A DNA stretch of 39,730 nt, taken from the NCBI GenBank assembly GCA_964552715.1, contig CAZKHZ010000003.1:1-39730 (forward strand), in the 5' to 3' direction. This DNA is from an uncultured Chitinophagaceae bacterium (lineage in GTDB: Bacteria; Bacteroidota; Bacteroidia; Chitinophagales; LD1). The notes beneath the pieces were generated by a model. The model worked only from the letters and a program-made list of their open reading frames with translations. It did not search any database and was not told where the DNA came from. Made by a program: the position numbers and the translations under genes. Positions 8,953-18,800 of the stretch are shown one piece after another (position 1 is the first letter of the stretch; the number at the start of each line of letters is the position of its first letter).

Positions 8953-9426
8953 CTATTGATAGCGAAGTTTACCTTCGGTGATAACAATAGAATCTGCATT
9001 AAAAGGATCATACAAAACCCCTGAAAAATCAACTTCAGGATATTTGACATTTGGAATGCCACTTTCATTAATCGTTTTGAGTGTAACCGAGCCTTTTGTT
9101 TTTGGCTGAGAAGCAGAAAGGGTGTAAATTTTCAAGCTCCCTCCTTTCACATAATTCACAGTGATAGAGCCGCTTGGCATAGTGGATGTTGCATTGAGTG
9201 TAAGTGAATCTCTGTTTAGATTAATAATTTCATTTTCCTTTTGTCCGGTAAGAGAAAGTTTGCCAGTACTTGGGGTGAATAAACCGGTTTGATTTTTTGC
9301 GGCTGTCCACAACACTCCGTCCACCTTCATTTCGAGGGTAAATGATTTTTCGTTGCTATCCTCTTTGTTGCAAGCGTTTATCAGTATAAAACTGAATAAA
9401 ATGGCTGCGAGTGTTACTTTTTTCAT
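8953..9426 (-). CDS. hypothetical lipoprotein
   Basis: MKKVTLAAILFSFILINAC lipobox-type signal peptide. Beta-rich remainder, no family recognised. Start at ATG 9426 rather than 9480. Confidence 0.65.
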   Translation of the reverse strand: MKKVTLAAILFSFILINACNKEDSNEKSFTLEMKVDGVLWTAAKNQTGLFTPSTGKLSLTGQKENEIINLNRDSLTLNATSTMPSGSITVNYVKGGSLKIYTLSASQPKTKGSVTLKTINESGIPNVKYPEVDFSGVLYDPFNADSIVITEGKLRYQ

Positions 9427-9534
9427 GTTGCTATTTTTATATTTTGATGATACAAATATACTTGCTTTATTAAATTTCAAAGGAGGCTTTTGACTTTTAA
9501 TTTACTATCGCCATGCCACGCGGGATGGAGATTT

Positions 9535-9577
9535 CGCAATGACGTTGTCCTTTCACCAAAACGACCACGTCATTGCG
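9535..9577. repeat. 11-bp perfect inverted repeat CGCAATGACGT / ACGTCATTGCG, 21-nt spacer
   Basis: Read directly. Lies between the stop of the reductase gene (9659) and the start of the lipoprotein gene (9426) on the - strand. No adjacent T-run. Confidence 0.5.
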
Positions 9578-9658
9578 CCTTGTTCCGTTCAAAGGAGACG
9601 ATAAACGAGTAAAGCAATTTCAATGGTAATCCCTCCATTTTCCAGCAATAACGAAAAT

Positions 9659-10744
9659 TTAAATATCATAGTTTAATACCAGCGTTGCGCTTTTTGGGTG
9701 GCTTTGGCAAGTAAGCACATAGCCTTTGGCAATTTCGCCATCGGTGAGGCTCTCGCGGTCGTCCATAGTCACATTACCTTCAATCAGTTTGGCGCGGCAA
9801 GTGCAACAGGCAGCTACCATGCAAGAATATGGCGGGTCGTATCCGGCATCAAGGGCAGCGTTCAGCACAGTTTCTTTTTCGTTCATTTCAAACTCCACTT
9901 CGTTGCCATCATAAATCAATTTCACTTTTGCCTTGCCCGTAAAAGGTACAGAGGTAGCAGCAGCCACGCCTACATCGGCAGTGGTTCTGTCTTCTTCGGC
10001 TTTAGCAGTAAAATACTCTATGTGAATTTTTTCTTTTGGAATGGATAAAACAAGCAATGCGTTCTCCGCTTCTTTCATCATAGGCGTAGGTCCGCAGATG
10101 AAAAACTCTGCATTGGCATAGTTTTGACTGGTGTTTTCGCGCAGTAATTTCAATGCTAAATCTTTTACCAAATAACCGCTGTAGGGTGTAAAAGCCGAAG
10201 GTGTATCTAATATATGCACCACCTTTAACCTTGACGGGTTTTGTGCGGCAAGTTCAGCAATGCTGTTTTTGAAAATAATGCTTTGCTCATCGCGGTTGCC
10301 GTAGAACAAAGTAATGGTGCTGTTAGGTTCTTTAGCCAACACGCTTTTTAGTATGCTGAACAAAGGTGTTACGCCCGAGCCACCGCCAAAAAGCACATAC
10401 TCCTTGTTAGCAGTTTCGCTTAAAGGCGAATGAAAATTGCCCATAGGTTCCATCACTTCCACTTCATCACCTGCTTTAAGGTTGCGGTTGACAAAGGTAG
10501 AGCCTTTGCCACCAGTAACTTCCTTTACGGCAATGGTCATCGGCTCGTTTGCAAAAGGAGAACTGCAAAAACTATAGCTGCGGTTTAACTGCTCGCCATT
10601 TACTTGCAATTTTAGGGTAAGGTATTGCCCAGGAATGTAGTTGTAATTGTTTTTCAATTCGGTAGGTACATCAAACACTACGCTTACGCTGTCGTTGGTT
10701 TCGCGATTTACGGCTGCTACTTTTAGTTTATGGAATTTGCTCAT
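9659..10744 (-). CDS. PaaE/PaaK-type oxidoreductase: FNR-like FAD/NAD(P)-binding domains + C-terminal plant-type 2Fe-2S ferredoxin
   Basis: RSYSFCSSP FAD motif, GGGSGVTP NAD(P) motif, C-terminal CMVAACCTCRAKL ... LTCQSHP cluster-binding pattern. Confidence 0.88.
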   Translation of the reverse strand: MSKFHKLKVAAVNRETNDSVSVVFDVPTELKNNYNYIPGQYLTLKLQVNGEQLNRSYSFCSSPFANEPMTIAVKEVTGGKGSTFVNRNLKAGDEVEVMEPMGNFHSPLSETANKEYVLFGGGSGVTPLFSILKSVLAKEPNSTITLFYGNRDEQSIIFKNSIAELAAQNPSRLKVVHILDTPSAFTPYSGYLVKDLALKLLRENTSQNYANAEFFICGPTPMMKEAENALLVLSIPKEKIHIEYFTAKAEEDRTTADVGVAAATSVPFTGKAKVKLIYDGNEVEFEMNEKETVLNAALDAGYDPPYSCMVAACCTCRAKLIEGNVTMDDRESLTDGEIAKGYVLTCQSHPKSATLVLNYDI

Positions 10745-10816
10745 TTGCTTTTTGAAGAAAATTAAAAACCTCCCAAGTTTGTAAAGCTTGGAAGGTTTAT
10801 GAAAGATAAAAGGAGA

Positions 10817-11233
10817 TTAACAGTAGTGTTCAAACACTTTTTGAAGGTGGTCGGCAATGGTTTGTGCATTGTTGCCTTCAATTTGATGGCGCTCTACAAA
10901 ATGCACTAGCTTACCATCTTTGAACAAAGCCATAGAAGGCGATGATGGAGGGTAAGGCAGCGTGTATTCGCGCGCTTTTGCAACTGCCTGGGTATCTACT
11001 CCTGCAAATGCGGTAATAAGATTTGTAGGCTTTTTGGCACTATTCTGTACAGCCATTTTTACTGCCGGACGAGCCGAGCCTGCTGCACAGCCGCATACAG
11101 AGTTGAATACTAAAAAAGTGGTGCCTTCACCTTGTGTAAGCGCGATGTCCACATCGGCTTCACTTTCCAATTGTTTGAAACCAACTTCTGTTAAGTCCGA
11201 TTTCATTGGTGCTACTAATTCTGCTGGATACAT
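10817..11233 (-). CDS. bacilliredoxin (BrxA/BrxB, YphP/YqiW, DUF1094 family)
   Basis: Near-textbook family pattern: MYPAELVAPM..., redox motif NSVCGCAAGSARPA, YPPSSPSMALFKDGKLVHFVERHQIEG. Confidence 0.9.
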   Translation of the reverse strand: MYPAELVAPMKSDLTEVGFKQLESEADVDIALTQGEGTTFLVFNSVCGCAAGSARPAVKMAVQNSAKKPTNLITAFAGVDTQAVAKAREYTLPYPPSSPSMALFKDGKLVHFVERHQIEGNNAQTIADHLQKVFEHYC

Positions 11234-11312
11234 GTTTGATTTATTTTTGATTATTTATTAATGAATTTGTCTGCCAAGCAATTTAAAAATTCCGTATTCT
11301 ATTTTAATTCAA

Positions 11313-11395
11313 CATGGAATATTGGAAGAATGGAATAAACCCATCTGTATTCTTGTATTTTCATCATTCCAATATTCCATGCTTCCATGCTTCCA
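11313..11395. repeat. convergent pentamer arrays (3 x TGGAA, 4 x TTCCA, 8-bp phasing) containing a 15-bp perfect inverted repeat and a TTCCATGC x3 tandem
   Basis: TGGAA at 11315, 11323, 11331. TTCCA at 11367, 11375, 11383, 11391. CATGGAATATTGGAA (11313-11327) is the exact reverse complement of TTCCAATATTCCATG (11367-11381). Confidence 0.7.
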
Positions 11396-11406
11396 TGCTT
11401 TGATTT

Positions 11407-11730
11407 CTATAAAAACCCCAACTCCAACTTCGCTTCCTCACTCATCATTTCCTGATTCCATGCTGGTTCAAAAACCAGTTCTAAAGTTACATCCACTACA
11501 CCGCTCACCGACTTTACTTTATCTTCTACTTCGCCAGGCAAAGTGCCTGCCACGGGGCAGTTGGGTGATGTAAGCGTCATTACAAGTTCTACTTCATAAC
11601 TTGGAAATACATTTACCTCATAGATAAGCCCTAAATCATAAATGTTCACCGGAATTTCCGGGTCGTAAATGGTTTTTAGCACATCAACAATGGCTTCCTT
11701 AACTTGTTCTTGATTTATAGTTTCTGTCAT
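11407..11730 (-). CDS. SUF-associated Fe-S assembly protein (SufT-like, DUF59/PaaD-like fold)
   Basis: VYDPEIPVNIYDLGLIY ... LVMTLTSPNCPVAGTLPGEV ... FEPAWNQEMMSEEAKLELG. Start at MTET (ATG 11730). Confidence 0.88.
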   Translation of the reverse strand: MTETINQEQVKEAIVDVLKTIYDPEIPVNIYDLGLIYEVNVFPSYEVELVMTLTSPNCPVAGTLPGEVEDKVKSVSGVVDVTLELVFEPAWNQEMMSEEAKLELGFL

Positions 11731-12049
11731 TTGAGGTTGCGAAGATATACCTAACAACGAAGAAGGGAAATATGTTGATGACTGAATTTTGACAAATGTA
11801 TTTTAACACGAGTAAAATTTACTGTTGGAAGGGATACCTTGCTAGAATGTTAAGAATATAGGTATTGTATTGTTTTACAATAGATTACGATTTAAATCTC
11901 TTTTACGAGCCGCTCTTGTGTACATGGCAATTGTCACAGAATTGTCATAATATCAGTCCAAACATACACCCGCGCTTAACATTCATTAGCTTTGTATCGC
12001 TACTTTTTTACTTTTGTCGGCTTTTTGTAAAACGCATCATTAAAGAAAG

Positions 12050-15000
12050 ATGAAGAAATTATACTCGTTATTAGGGGTTTTGGCTATAGCCTTCGGAACT
12101 TTCGCCCAGTCAGGTGAGATATTTGGAAAGGTATTGGATGAAACAGGTGAAGGTGCTATTGGTGCTGTAGTTGCAGTAGTAGATGCAAATGGTAAAGTTA
12201 CCGGGCAGGGTGTGCAAACCGACTATGATGGAAACTTTTCCATTAAACCACTTACACCTAGAAAATACAATTTGAAGTTCGTATTGTCGAGCTATGGAAC
12301 CATCATCAAAAATGGTATTGAAGTAGGTGCCGATAAGCAAGTAATTATAAATGTAAAATTGATTCCTTCTGCAACCCTGATTGATGAGGTTGTAATTGAA
12401 GCATATAGAAAACCCTTGATTGACGCATCCAAAACTACAGGGGGAACTACCATCACAAAAGAGGATATTGGAAAATTGGCTACCAGAAACATTACTGACT
12501 TGGTAGCTACTGCATCCGGGGCATTTCAGTCTGATGCTGGGGGAGGAATCAACCTAGGTGGTGCGCGTGCAGATGCCACAGAATATTATGTAGATGGTGT
12601 GAAAGTAATAGGTACCCCAACAATTCCTCAAAACTCAATTGCAGAGGTGAGTGTATTGGCAGGTGGTATTCCTGCTCGTTATGGTGATGTAACTGGAGGT
12701 GTGGTAAACATCACTACTAGCGGGCCTGCTGATAAAATTTCGGGTGGTGTAGAGGTGCTTACTTCTCAGTTTTTGGATGGTTTTGGATATAATCTTGTGA
12801 ACGGAAACCTTAGCGGACCAATTATAAAATCTAAAAAAGGGGATAAAAAACCTATCCTAGGTTTCTATACTGCATTCGAGTATTTGAATCAGAAAGACCG
12901 TTCTCCATCTGCCGTGGGTACTTGGGGAGTTAGAGAAGAAAAATTAGACTCTCTACGTCAATTTCCTTTGATTAAAAATGAAGTGGGTAGCGGATTTAAC
13001 CTTGCTGCAGAAAATCTTACCATGAAGGACATGTATAAGATAAAAGCAAAACCCAACAATGATGAAACTAACTTTAGAGGTGTTGCCAGAATTGACATTC
13101 AACCTTACAAGAATATCAATATTGGAATTGGTGGAACTTTCAACTATCGCAAATACCATGATTGGATAGATAGATATACCTTATTAAACTTTGAAAACAA
13201 TCCACTTTACACTGAGCAAAACTGGAGGGTTTATGGTCGTTTCAACCAAAGATTTGTGTTTGGTACACCAAAAGAAGGGAAGAAAAAGAAAGTAAGTGCT
13301 ATACAATATATTGGTTACACCTTGCAGTTTGACTATGAGAAGAATACTAGAAAGTTTGAAGACGAATCGCACGGAAACAATCCATTTAACTACGGTTACA
13401 TAGGTAAGTTTGATTTGCAAAAATCGCCTGTTTTCCGTCCAACGGCTGATACTTTCCAAGTTGTGGATGGCGATGTAATTCGCACGTTCAATAATATGAT
13501 TATCCAACAGGATATTCAGGATACTGCTGTTGCCTTTACGCCAGGCACGCTGAATCCTTATGGTACAAGATATACGCAACAGTTTTTTGAGTTAGGAGGC
13601 TTAGCAACTGATTTGAATGGTATTCAGTCAAACAAAGCACTAATCAATGGTCAACGTTCAGATTTGGCGTATAATTTATGGTTCAATACTGGTCGCCAAT
13701 TCAATGGTTATGGCTACGATAATTATGACGAACAATACCGCGGTCGGGCGGAGGTTACAATGGATATTGCAAAACCTGGTTCAAATGGCTTAAACCGTCA
13801 CAGCTTGGAGTTTGGTGTGGAAGTTGAGCAACGTGTTCAACGCAGATACCAGTTTAATCCCTTAGAAATTTGGTTTCTATCTCGCCAGTTAATGAACAAA
13901 CATTTACAAGGTTTAGACTTTGCTAACCCTCTTTTTGTGTTAGATGGTTTGCCAGGGCAGCAATTTACTTTTCAGCAATTAAAAGATTTGGGTTTAAATC
14001 CTTATGACTTGGATACCATTTTATTCAAACGCTCAGTAAACGATAGCTTGCAATCAAACTTCGATAAAAATGTTCGTGCTAAACTAAATGCACCTGTTGA
14101 TTCATTTATTAATGTGGATGCACTTGACCCAAGTTTTTTTAGTGTAGGCATGTTTAATGCAGAAGAAATGTTGAACAACAACAGTTCTTACGCATTTTAT
14201 CGCGGCTTTGATTACCAAGGTAACCTTCAAACAGCCCGTCCGAAATTCTTCGACTTCTTTACAAAAGTAGATGCTAACGGTGTGCCGGTTCGTCAGATTG
14301 ATGCTTTCCGCCCGTTCTATACTGCTGGCTACATTTCTGATAAATTTAATTTTAGAGAATTGACTTTTAACGTAGGTGTGCGTGTAGATAGATATGATGC
14401 CAATCAATATGTATTGCGCGATCCATACTCATTATACGATATTAAAACTATTGCTCAAACAGGTTCTCAGTTTGCGCATCCAACAAATTTAGAAGCAGAT
14501 AAAACTTTTGTTTATCTTAAAAATTCCGATGACCCTTCGGCAGGTGTTGCTGGTTACCGTTTAGACAGCAGATGGTATGATGCTTTTGGAAATGAGTTAG
14601 CAACAGGCGCAAATGTCGCAAATGCCTCATCTACAGGAACGATTACACCATATCTTGCAGAGTTAGATAATATTAAAGATATCAACGAAATTAGAGGATT
14701 GATTCAAGACCCTAAGCGATTTAAGCCAGAAGGTACTTTTACAAAATATATACCACAATGGGTTATAATGCCTCGTTTACAATTTTCATTCAATATTGCT
14801 CAAAACGCTTTGTTCTTTGCGCACTACGATGTGTTGAGCCAGCGTCCGCAAGGCAGCCGATCGTTAATGGAGCCAACTGATTATTTGTTTTTTAACCAAA
14901 ACATTAGCACGCCTATCAATAATCCTAATTTACGTCCTGAAAGAACGATAGATTTTGAATTAGGATTTAAACAAAAGTTAGCTGATTTTGCTGCTGTAAC

Positions 15001-15835
15001 TATTTCAGCATATTACCGCGAATTCCGCGACCAAGTTCAAATTAGGTACTTCACTTTTGCCTTCCCTAAAAATTATATTACTTACGACAATATAGATTTT
15101 GGAACAGTTAAGGGTTTTAAATTGGATTTGGAGATGCGCAGAATTAAAAACTTCAAAGCAACTGCCAATTACACTATGCAATTTGCTGAAGGCACTGGTT
15201 CAAGCGACCAAGCGCAATTAAGTTTGGCACAAGGCGGCTTTGATAACTTGCGCACAATTAGCCCTTTGAATTTTGATGCTCGTAATATGATAAACTTGAT
15301 ATTGGATTACAGTTTTGCTTCTGGAAAGGAATATGATGGTCCTGTGAGTAAATCTGGTACTCAGATTTTAGCAAACTCGGGTTTCAACTTTAATATTCGC
15401 GCTCGCTCAGGAACCCCATTTACTTCACAGTCTAATGTTACCCCTGATGCTTTGAATGCTGCACCAAAGCGTTTGTCTCAAGGTTCTATAAACGGGTCTC
15501 GCTTGCCTTGGAACTTCCGTGTAGATTTCAGGATATTCAAAGGATTTGATATAGTTACAAATAAAAATAAGGATAGAGAATTTCAACGCACTTTAAACTT
15601 TCAAGTTTACTTACAAATTCAAAACCTGTTGAATGCAGCAAACCCAATAAATGTGTATCGTTTTACGGGTAATCCAGATGATGATGGTTATTTGAGTTCA
15701 ACATTAAGCGATTCACCAAAAGATGCAGCTTATAATCCTCAGTCTTTTGTGGATTTGTATCGCGCTTTTGTGAACGACCCTAGCAACTATAGTTTACCAC
15801 GTAGAATTTTCCTTGGATTCCAATTTAACTTCTAA
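12050..15835 (+). CDS. very large TonB-dependent-receptor-like outer-membrane protein (CarboxypepD_reg-like domain + plug + long barrel), not SusC-paired
   Basis: Signal peptide ...AFGTFAQ. Beta-sandwich GKVLDETGEGAIGAVVAVVDANGK..TDYDGNFSI. Plug (TITKEDIGKLATRNITDLV; INLGGARADATEYYVDGVKVIG). About 1,000 further residues ending FLGFQFNF. Confidence 0.85.
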   Translation: MKKLYSLLGVLAIAFGTFAQSGEIFGKVLDETGEGAIGAVVAVVDANGKVTGQGVQTDYDGNFSIKPLTPRKYNLKFVLSSYGTIIKNGIEVGADKQVIINVKLIPSATLIDEVVIEAYRKPLIDASKTTGGTTITKEDIGKLATRNITDLVATASGAFQSDAGGGINLGGARADATEYYVDGVKVIGTPTIPQNSIAEVSVLAGGIPARYGDVTGGVVNITTSGPADKISGGVEVLTSQFLDGFGYNLVNGNLSGPIIKSKKGDKKPILGFYTAFEYLNQKDRSPSAVGTWGVREEKLDSLRQFPLIKNEVGSGFNLAAENLTMKDMYKIKAKPNNDETNFRGVARIDIQPYKNINIGIGGTFNYRKYHDWIDRYTLLNFENNPLYTEQNWRVYGRFNQRFVFGTPKEGKKKKVSAIQYIGYTLQFDYEKNTRKFEDESHGNNPFNYGYIGKFDLQKSPVFRPTADTFQVVDGDVIRTFNNMIIQQDIQDTAVAFTPGTLNPYGTRYTQQFFELGGLATDLNGIQSNKALINGQRSDLAYNLWFNTGRQFNGYGYDNYDEQYRGRAEVTMDIAKPGSNGLNRHSLEFGVEVEQRVQRRYQFNPLEIWFLSRQLMNKHLQGLDFANPLFVLDGLPGQQFTFQQLKDLGLNPYDLDTILFKRSVNDSLQSNFDKNVRAKLNAPVDSFINVDALDPSFFSVGMFNAEEMLNNNSSYAFYRGFDYQGNLQTARPKFFDFFTKVDANGVPVRQIDAFRPFYTAGYISDKFNFRELTFNVGVRVDRYDANQYVLRDPYSLYDIKTIAQTGSQFAHPTNLEADKTFVYLKNSDDPSAGVAGYRLDSRWYDAFGNELATGANVANASSTGTITPYLAELDNIKDINEIRGLIQDPKRFKPEGTFTKYIPQWVIMPRLQFSFNIAQNALFFAHYDVLSQRPQGSRSLMEPTDYLFFNQNISTPINNPNLRPERTIDFELGFKQKLADFAAVTISAYYREFRDQVQIRYFTFAFPKNYITYDNIDFGTVKGFKLDLEMRRIKNFKATANYTMQFAEGTGSSDQAQLSLAQGGFDNLRTISPLNFDARNMINLILDYSFASGKEYDGPVSKSGTQILANSGFNFNIRARSGTPFTSQSNVTPDALNAAPKRLSQGSINGSRLPWNFRVDFRIFKGFDIVTNKNKDREFQRTLNFQVYLQIQNLLNAANPINVYRFTGNPDDDGYLSSTLSDSPKDAAYNPQSFVDLYRAFVNDPSNYSLPRRIFLGFQFNF

Positions 15836-15868
15836 ATGAGATATTAACGAAATGATAAAAGCTGAAAT

Positions 15869-18800
15869 ATGAAAAATATAACAAAATTATTAGCGCTTGT
15901 ATTGTTGCTGCCTTTTGCAGTTAATGCAAATATTGATGTTACCGTGGGCAAGAAAAAAGCACAGGTAAAGCCTCAAGGCTATTACAAAACAGAGGCAGGC
16001 GATTGTGCACCTCCGGTTTCGCAAACTGATATGGACATTAACAATGTTCGTACACGCTTGCTAAATGGTGGTGACTTGTGGTGGGATTTATCTGTTGCGC
16101 GATATGAAGTGCCAAAGGCAAATCCTCCGGGTTCAACACAAGCATTGAATATGTTGTTTGCTGGGGCAATTTGGGTTTCTGGTGTAGATGCTGGAGGTAA
16201 CCTAAAAGTAGCTGCAATGCGTTATCGCCAAGTTGGATACGACTATTGGGCTGGACCACTGGATAATAAAGGTGAAGTTACGAAAACTACTTGTGTGAAA
16301 TGGGACAGGCATTTTAATGTTTTAGGTACTGAAATTGAGCAGTTTCAAAAGGCTTTTGAAGCAGCAAATGGTACGCTTGCGGCAAGTGCAATTGCGCCAG
16401 ACGTATTAAGATGGCCAGGCAAAGGAAATCCTGTTTTAGCCGCAGATGGCTTTGAAGTTTCCAGTGTTTTAGCACCGTTTCGCGATGTGGACGGCAATGG
16501 AATTTACGACCCGACTAAAGGTGATTTTCCAACCATTTACGCAAGTGCATTTCCTGCTCCAGATACATTAGGTGCTTATGGCGATCAAATGATTTTTTGG
16601 GTAATGAATGACGCGGGCAATATCCATACTGAATCGAGTGGACAGGGTATTGGTATTCAGGTAAATACTTTGGCTTTTGCGTTTAAGACAACGGATGAGA
16701 TTAACAACATGACTTTTTACCGTTATAACATCACCAATAAATCTTCTCTCGGATTGCGTCAAACTTTTATTTCGCAATGGAGTGACCCTGATTTAGGTAA
16801 TTCTGCTGATGACTATGTAGGTTGTGATGTTGGAAGAAGACTTGCATTTGTTTATAACGGAGATAATTTTGATGAAGCTGCAAATGGTGTAGGAGGTTAT
16901 GGAACTCAGTTGCCATTGGGCGGTATTGTATTTTTTGAAGGACCTAAGGATACATCAGGCAATGAGTTGGGCTTGACCAGTTTCGTTTACTTCAACAATG
17001 AACAATCTGGACCAAGACGCGATCCAGGTTCAGCAGTAGAATATAGAAATTATATGACGGCTAAGTGGTTGGATGGAACACCGTTTACTGAAGGTGGAAA
17101 TGGTTATGCAGGTACAGTAGTAACAAACTATTGTTTCCCGGGCAATCCCATTGACGGCTCTCAATGGAGTGAATGCTATCCTAATGGACCTTCTTCACAA
17201 CCTAACGCAAAGGGTGATAGAAGGATGGTGCAAACTTCTGGTCCGTTTCTACTGCAACCCGGGTTGACTCAGGATGTGACGATTGGAGTAATATTTGTTC
17301 GCCCTCCAGGAGTAGGTGTAGGTACCTGCCCAGACTTGAGTTTTATACGCCCAGCTTCTGATAAAGCACAAGGTTTATTTAATCAAAAGTTCCGTTTGAC
17401 GAATGGTCCTGACGCGCCAACTTTAGATATTCGTGAATTAGATCGCGAAATTATTATCAATCTTCGCAACTTGCCAGGTAGCAATAACTATGGCGAAGCA
17501 TATAAAGAAGTAATTCCTGCGGCAAGTGTATTGTACCCCGGTGATACAACAGATAGAGTGAAGTATGTTTTTCAGGGATACAAATTGTATCAGGTGAGAG
17601 ACAGCCGTGTATCTGCTACTGATGTAGAAGACCCAAATAAATCGTTATTAATTGCCCAAGTGGATATTAAAGATGGAGTTGGAAGAATTATTGAATTCAG
17701 GTTAGATCAATCTTTGAATTTATATGTGCCAGTAGAGCGTGTTGCTTCGGGCGATGGTACCGATAAGGGGATTCAAAATTCTTTCAGACTAACAACCGAT
17801 AAATTTGCACCATCAGTTGATGAAAATCGCTTGGTAAATCACAAGACATATTTCTATACCGCAATTGCTTACGGCTACAACAATTTCGCAACTTTTAATA
17901 TAAACAGACCTGACTCTACACAACCGGAACCATTTAAAGCAGGCAGAAAAAACTTCAAAATTTATTCTGCACTTCCTCACAAAACAGAAGTGCGCAATGA
18001 AGGCACCGTGTTGAATGCTCAGTTTGGAGATGGTGTAGAAGTAAGAAGGATAGAGGGCGCAGGTAATGGAGGTAATGCGGTTGATTTGACTGATGAAACT
18101 ATTGGTAAAATTTTGAGTTCTGCACCTCAGCATTACACAGATACTTTGGTATATAAAAAGGGCAAAGATCCTATCAAATTCAAAGTGGTTGACCCAATGA
18201 AAATTCAGGAGGCAGATTGGGAAGTTCGCTTTAAGTTGATAACCGATTCTACAATTTCAAAAACTTTAATCAGAGACACCAATGGTATAGTGGTGAAAAT
18301 AGATTCTGCGGCAGCAGTTGATACAATCATTACTTGGGTATTGCATAAATTAAATAACGATGGCACTGTAGCGGATGTTATCAATAGCGAAATAGTGCCT
18401 TACTTTAAACGTAAGTTGATTGACTATAAAACTGGTTCACCTGTTGTAACAATTGATGAGCGCACCTCGCGCCCTTATGAGCAATATATCTTCACACAAA
18501 ATGGAGCTGTACAAAATGATTACGGCTTCTCACTCACTTTTGGTTATCCTGTTGCTGTTTATACCAATCGTACTAATGGTAAGCTAATCTTCGATTATTT
18601 GACTAGCAGTGTAGAAAATACAGATCCTACAGACCCATGGTTATCTTTCTTAAAAGATGAGGGTGAAAAGGACGTTGCTAATTGGATTCGTTCAGGTTCA
18701 TTGTTAGGTGATTTGTCAGGTGCATGGAATCCAAATAGATACCGTACAGGAATAGTGGACACAGCGTTTACAGATCCTAATAAAAATTTTGATAAAATGG

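Noticed and set aside
11322-11573. 83-aa + strand ORF spanning the pentamer repeat and the 3' part of the SufT-like gene; also 11865-12053 and 20250-20474
   Set aside because: These run through repeat or promoter DNA or are antisense to real genes. Their translations are low-complexity with no signal of selection.
9659-11730. Phenylacetate catabolic (paa) cluster
   Set aside because: Only PaaE-like and PaaD-like (DUF59) members are present. There is no PaaA/B/C, PaaG/Z/K or thioesterase, and the DUF59 protein matches the SUF-associated subtype better.
11758-12049. Cobalamin riboswitch or Fur box upstream of the TonB-receptor-like gene
   Set aside because: There is no B12 box (GCCACTG-like) and no GATAATGATAATCATTATC-like sequence. 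Only short AT-rich repeats are present.
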